A DNA stretch of 64,000 bases from the NCBI GenBank assembly GCA_011109175.1, contig RDEW01000012.1:268762-332761 (forward strand). The letters are read 5' to 3'. Positions 59,587 to 64,000 of the stretch are shown piece by piece; positions within the stretch are counted from its first letter, which is position 1, and every line of letters begins with the position of its first letter. The translations under genes and the position numbers were made by a program. A model generated the notes under the pieces. It saw only the letters and a list, made by a program, of their open reading frames with translations, had not been told where the DNA came from and made no database searches. This DNA is from Dicyema japonicum. Its lineage: Eukaryota > Animalia > Dicyemida.

Positions 59587-61146
59587 ATGATCATTCTATT
59601 AACTTTGTTCACTCTTTTTTTGTCCAACGATTTAACCGCTAATGAGTTCAATAAACTACTAAAGACGACTCAATTCTTCCACGTGATGTTCCATGCTCCA
59701 TGGTGAGTGGTTTATTTAGTGAAGGTGTGGACACTGCAAACATTTTAAACCCATCTTTGAGCAAGTGGCAAGTGAGGTTGAGAAGACAGGAGTAAACGCA
59801 AGGCTCGTAAAGGTTGATTGCACCACAGAAACCGAACTCTGCCAAAACCATGGCATTTCCGGATATCCCTCAATAAAATACTTCAAGAATGGGAATCACG
59901 TGGACGACTATCGGGGAGAAAGGAGTTTCGAAGCCTACTACGACTATGTCTCTGATTTGTCCAAACCACCAACCACTATTGTAGATACTATTGAGCACTT
60001 TGATGACGTCGTGGCCGACAATAAGTCTGTCAAATTATTTGGTTGCTGTTTCTAAACAATTTCAGGGTTCTTTTGTAAGGATGATTTGCTTGAAGAATTC
60101 AAATCAGTCTCCGAGTCCACTCTCCGTAAGGTCGTTGACTTTTATTATACTTACAATAACAAAGTCTGTGCTGAGAGATCACAGGGGAGGTTGTCTTCCA
60201 TGGTTATAGTAGTTCTGTTGTTATGTACAAACCTGGGGAGGACAGAGCCGCATATAATGAGGGGGAGAGTCTTTCTGATTGGGTCAGAGACACATAGTAT
60301 TAATATTCTTTATGGTAGTCTGGGTCCCTGTGGAATGATATCTTCCAAGACAAGTGACCTCTTCACAAAGCCAACACTGATTGCGTACTTTTCCGTGGAC
60401 TATGCTAACAACAAGAAATACAGTGAATATTACAGAAAGAGGTTAGGGGGTTGTTTATTCAGAATGGTGAAGGTCATGCAACAAAATGACTACTCGGGGC
60501 AGTTCATGTGCGGATATGATGATATTCAGTCGAGGGCTGAGGAACTTGGAGTTAGCCCAAATGAGAGGATCGTGGTCTTCATGTTCTCGAAGGACGGTAA
60601 GAAGTACAGAATGCAGCAGGATTTCTCTTTTGATTCAGTTTCTAAGTTTGTGAATGACTACTTGGCTGGTAATCTCAAGCCTTCAATAAAGTCATCCCCA
60701 ATTCCCGATTCTAGTCCTGTTGGGGGTCCTCAGGTAGTATGTGACTCTGAGTTGTGTAGGAAGTGGTTGGACTGACATTTGATGAGATTGTGAACCAGGA
60801 CAAGAATGTGTTTGTCCTGTTCTATGCCCCATGGTGTGGACATTGCAAGAATGTGATGCCTGTTTATGAGGAGTTGGCCGCTAAGGTGGTATTCTGTCAT
60901 ATTTGTAGTTCAGTGGGGATGAGTCTGTCGTTATTGCCAAGATGGACGCCACTAGTAATGAGTATCCTTCCAATTATGAGGTGACTGGGTTGATTTGTCA
61001 CGTGTATTGTTAGGTTTCCAACGTTTTACTACTCACCCAGAAATGACAAAATGAATCCAATCAAATATCAAGGGGGAAGGGATTTGGAGTCATTTGTGGA
61101 GTTTCTGAAACAACAGAGTGGGGATTCGATCTCTTCTGATCTTTAA
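59587..61146 (+). CDS. PDIA3: PDIA3-like protein disulfide isomerase, mirror copy (one extra Tyr codon)
   Basis: Same 9-exon structure; SEYYRKR here versus SEYRKR in the left arm. Confidence 0.93.
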
Positions 61147-61744
61147 TTATTTATGACGGTGTTATGGGGTTAATATTGTCTTGTCTGTTATATTATTAAT
61201 GAAATGGCTGTGGTGACGTTATCATTTGGCATTCCTCCATAAGTTGGTGATCTTTTTGTAAAGTTTCACTGACATCCATGGAATATTGGACTATCAACTA
61301 TCAGAACCGAGGGCTGCCCGCTCAACTGCGAGCTCCGATTCGTTCTTGTGAAACTTCGAAGGAGGATTATTGATGAGGCTTCTGAAGCGTGTCGGGATCA
61401 TGTAGTTATTTATATGTTACCGTTGTCTGTTATTTTAATTTCAGTGACACATAGTGATATTATTAAAAAATTATTTTGCTTCACAAAGACTTGTTAAATA
61501 ATTGGTGATCCATAAATCGTATCTATGGGAATTAATTGTATTTTTAATAATAAAAGTACTTTTTTGCCTCAAATATTAAAAAAACCAATAAAAGTGATAT
61601 AAATTATTAATAAGTTAGTGATTGACTAAATAATTAAAAATGAAGATAGTGACTGGGATTCCACCGAAATTGATACAACGATTATATTCAATCTCCCACT
61701 TGGGGAAGTCAGACAATGGGAATACAGAGTAGTGTGGATGCTTA

Positions 61745-61945
61745 AATTATTTATTGCCACAGGATCACTAAACTAAAGTGAAGAAGAGAGTTTAAAACTG
61801 AGTGATCCATTTCCCACGGAAATGGATTTAGACGCATCTTTTCCAAGCATCACGTTCACCCATATCTGCCATTGTGGAAACCCCTCCAGTGGAGGAGAGA
61901 AATTATTTTTCCAAACACTGGACGTCCCCTGTTTCCACGTGACGC
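61745..61945 (-). repeat. SINE-like family B, mirror copy
   Basis: Inverted counterpart of 36585-36790. Confidence 0.6.
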
Positions 61946-62255
61946 CTCTTCGAAATTGAAGAAGACTAGGTGGGGTAATCGGGACTAAATACCAAACAAT
62001 ATACATGGTTTATCTGATATGTTCTATCGATTAATGTCTGTTTCCACAAAAGGCGGTCAAGTAATGAAAAGTTCTAGGTAACACACTCCTACTCGAGTCC
62101 ACATGTCACATTCAAAGTACATCCCTAACCAACTGGACTAATACTATTGATTTTGATTAAGTATATTTCAAGTTGTCACCAATTGTGTGTAATGACAGTT
62201 CAATTATAGCACGTGACAATAGTGTTAATCACAAGACAACGTTAATAAATGTTAA

Positions 62256-62763
62256 TCAAACTTTGTAAGGCTTTGGAGCACAAAATCTAAGGTGGTCCCC
62301 TCTTTGTCCAAACTCGTCATCCAGTGTGGTTACCAAACACTCTCTCTGGTCATCAGGGATTTCTGGGGTCTTCACAAACTCCATGGGACCGTCAGATTCC
62401 TCAATGGAGACCCTTTCTACCTTTGATCTTTTCTTTTTCCCATTGAGAGACATTTTGGAGAACAAGTACCTGACAAGCTTACCTTTGGAAGACTTTTTGA
62501 CTGAGTTCTTAGAAAGTGACTCAATTTTGAGTGAATTGACAGCCAAGTCTGCTATTTTGTCATTTTTGCAGTTAATATCGTCATTTTTGTTAATGAAGAC
62601 GTTGAATTTGTAATTAGACCTGTCGAGAGATGAGTCCTTGCACACCAAATCAAGCAATTCAGCAATCACATAACCACAATATTAATATTAACTACTTTTC
62701 AGGAACAGTGAAGTCTTTTGTGGAGCCATCTGGTAATATAACTGGGATAGTAAAATTTTCCAT
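62256..62763 (-). CDS. Mirror copy of the RBD/ubiquitin-like-domain gene (GT..GG intron at 62674-62695)
   Basis: Inverted counterpart of 35767-36274 with the same non-AG boundary. Confidence 0.5.
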
Positions 62764-64000
62764 TACAAAAACACGACAATACAAATAGCGCGACAAAATT
62801 AATTTATTAAATAATTAATATTACATTTAAATATATAATTATTAATATTATTCATCATATTCATAATTATTGTTGGACAAAATCACCTCCTTCCTGGGAA
62901 GACTAGTATTTTACTGTGTCGGAAGACCCCACCCTCAACACTTTTCTAGTAATCAAGGAATGCCTAGGGATTCCTTGAGTTCTGTATAGAACCGGGACTC
63001 CTTTATTTTCATTTGTATCACGGTCTGAAAATGAGTGGTCTTTCCTTAGACATCTGTCCCCGACGACTTTTTGCGTAGACACATCGGAGACACTTCCAGG
63101 AACCAATGGAGCCCTCAGGTGAACCGGTACCATTTAATCAGTTCGGTTATCTTCTTTCTATATAAAATATTTTTAAAATATCTAACCGGAGAATCCTACC
63201 GGTTCACTTAATGAGAAACGAGTTGTTGACGGTTCTCGCCCACCAATAGACGACTTGGAAGCTACCCTTAATAGAGATTCCAGAAAATCTCATAAAAACC
63301 ACTCAAAATATTTCCCTTTCTTGGTGGATCTAAATTTTTGCTTTTTCATCTGACCATATTGGTCACATAATTAACCGAATCATTCCGGGACTAGACCACC
63401 ATGACTTTAAGGAACTTTTGGGAGCGCCCGCCACTCTCACGTACATTGGGATAACTAACTACCGGTCAACAAATAAAAACGAAAGTTAAATCGTTTTCTC
63501 GGGAAGACTTACAGACAAATACACAGTGTGAATATTGAAGACCTACAATGTGTGGGAAACTAATGATTGGGAACACAGCGTGTATTCTATTAGGCCAGTA
63601 AATACAATTATGTTTAAGCATAATAGTATTATGGGATTATTATTACTCAAGAGAGTATAATCAATATTACATATACTACTTTAAGGCCATCCGAAAACTA
63701 GGCTTGGCCGATCTGCTGGATCAACTGGAAACTACCCTCGACAGAAACAAGGAGCACCGTAGCACAACTTCGTTCTGGGCACTTCCTCCTTAGAGTTGAG
63801 TCGGACTGTTGGCTCTTATCAGCGGAACAACTATTAATGATACTACAAAAAGCTTTCTCTTACTCGGGACCTCCGACGAACTCGAATACTTGTAGAAGCG
63901 TCCAGCACAAGATATCGAGGTTGGGACAACTAAACCACCTAAATCGAGTTTTTTTATTTATTTTATATTTTGGACTACTAACCCACCTAATTCGAGTCTT

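Larger units (their letters stand above)
50006..64000. repeat. Right arm of giant inverted duplication
   Basis: Reverse complement of 34526-48530, mostly near-identical, with two more diverged patches. Confidence 0.97.

Overview
AT-rich eukaryotic nuclear DNA from a scaffolded assembly with two N gaps, from an organism with extremely short spliceosomal introns. The 31 introns inferred by hand are 21-26 nt. Conserved animal-type PDI exon boundaries point to a reduced parasitic animal; a dicyemid fits best, with myxozoan or orthonectid as alternatives, and this is inference. Host genes are sparse: a COBW/ZNG1 GTPase, a THUMPD1/Tan1 homologue, a small RBD/ubiquitin-like-domain gene, a PDIA3-like disulfide isomerase, and a divergent PDI paralogue with SGMS and CYYC active-site motifs. 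Most of the window is nested mobile DNA: RTE-clade LINEs (several full-length, sharing a conserved 5' terminal motif), I/Jockey/CR1, CRE and R4-like LINE debris, Tc1/IS630 transposons, a Ginger-type integrase transposon with five micro-introns, two SINE-like families, a MITE and a ~355-bp satellite. The last 30 kb is a giant inverted duplication (arms 34526-48530 and 50006-64000, probably extending past the window) around a 1.5-kb spacer. The most unusual signals are two host introns that appear to require non-AG 3' splice sites (GT..CG/TG and GT..GG), the micro-intron-bearing transposase, the conserved LINE 5' end and the palindrome junction.
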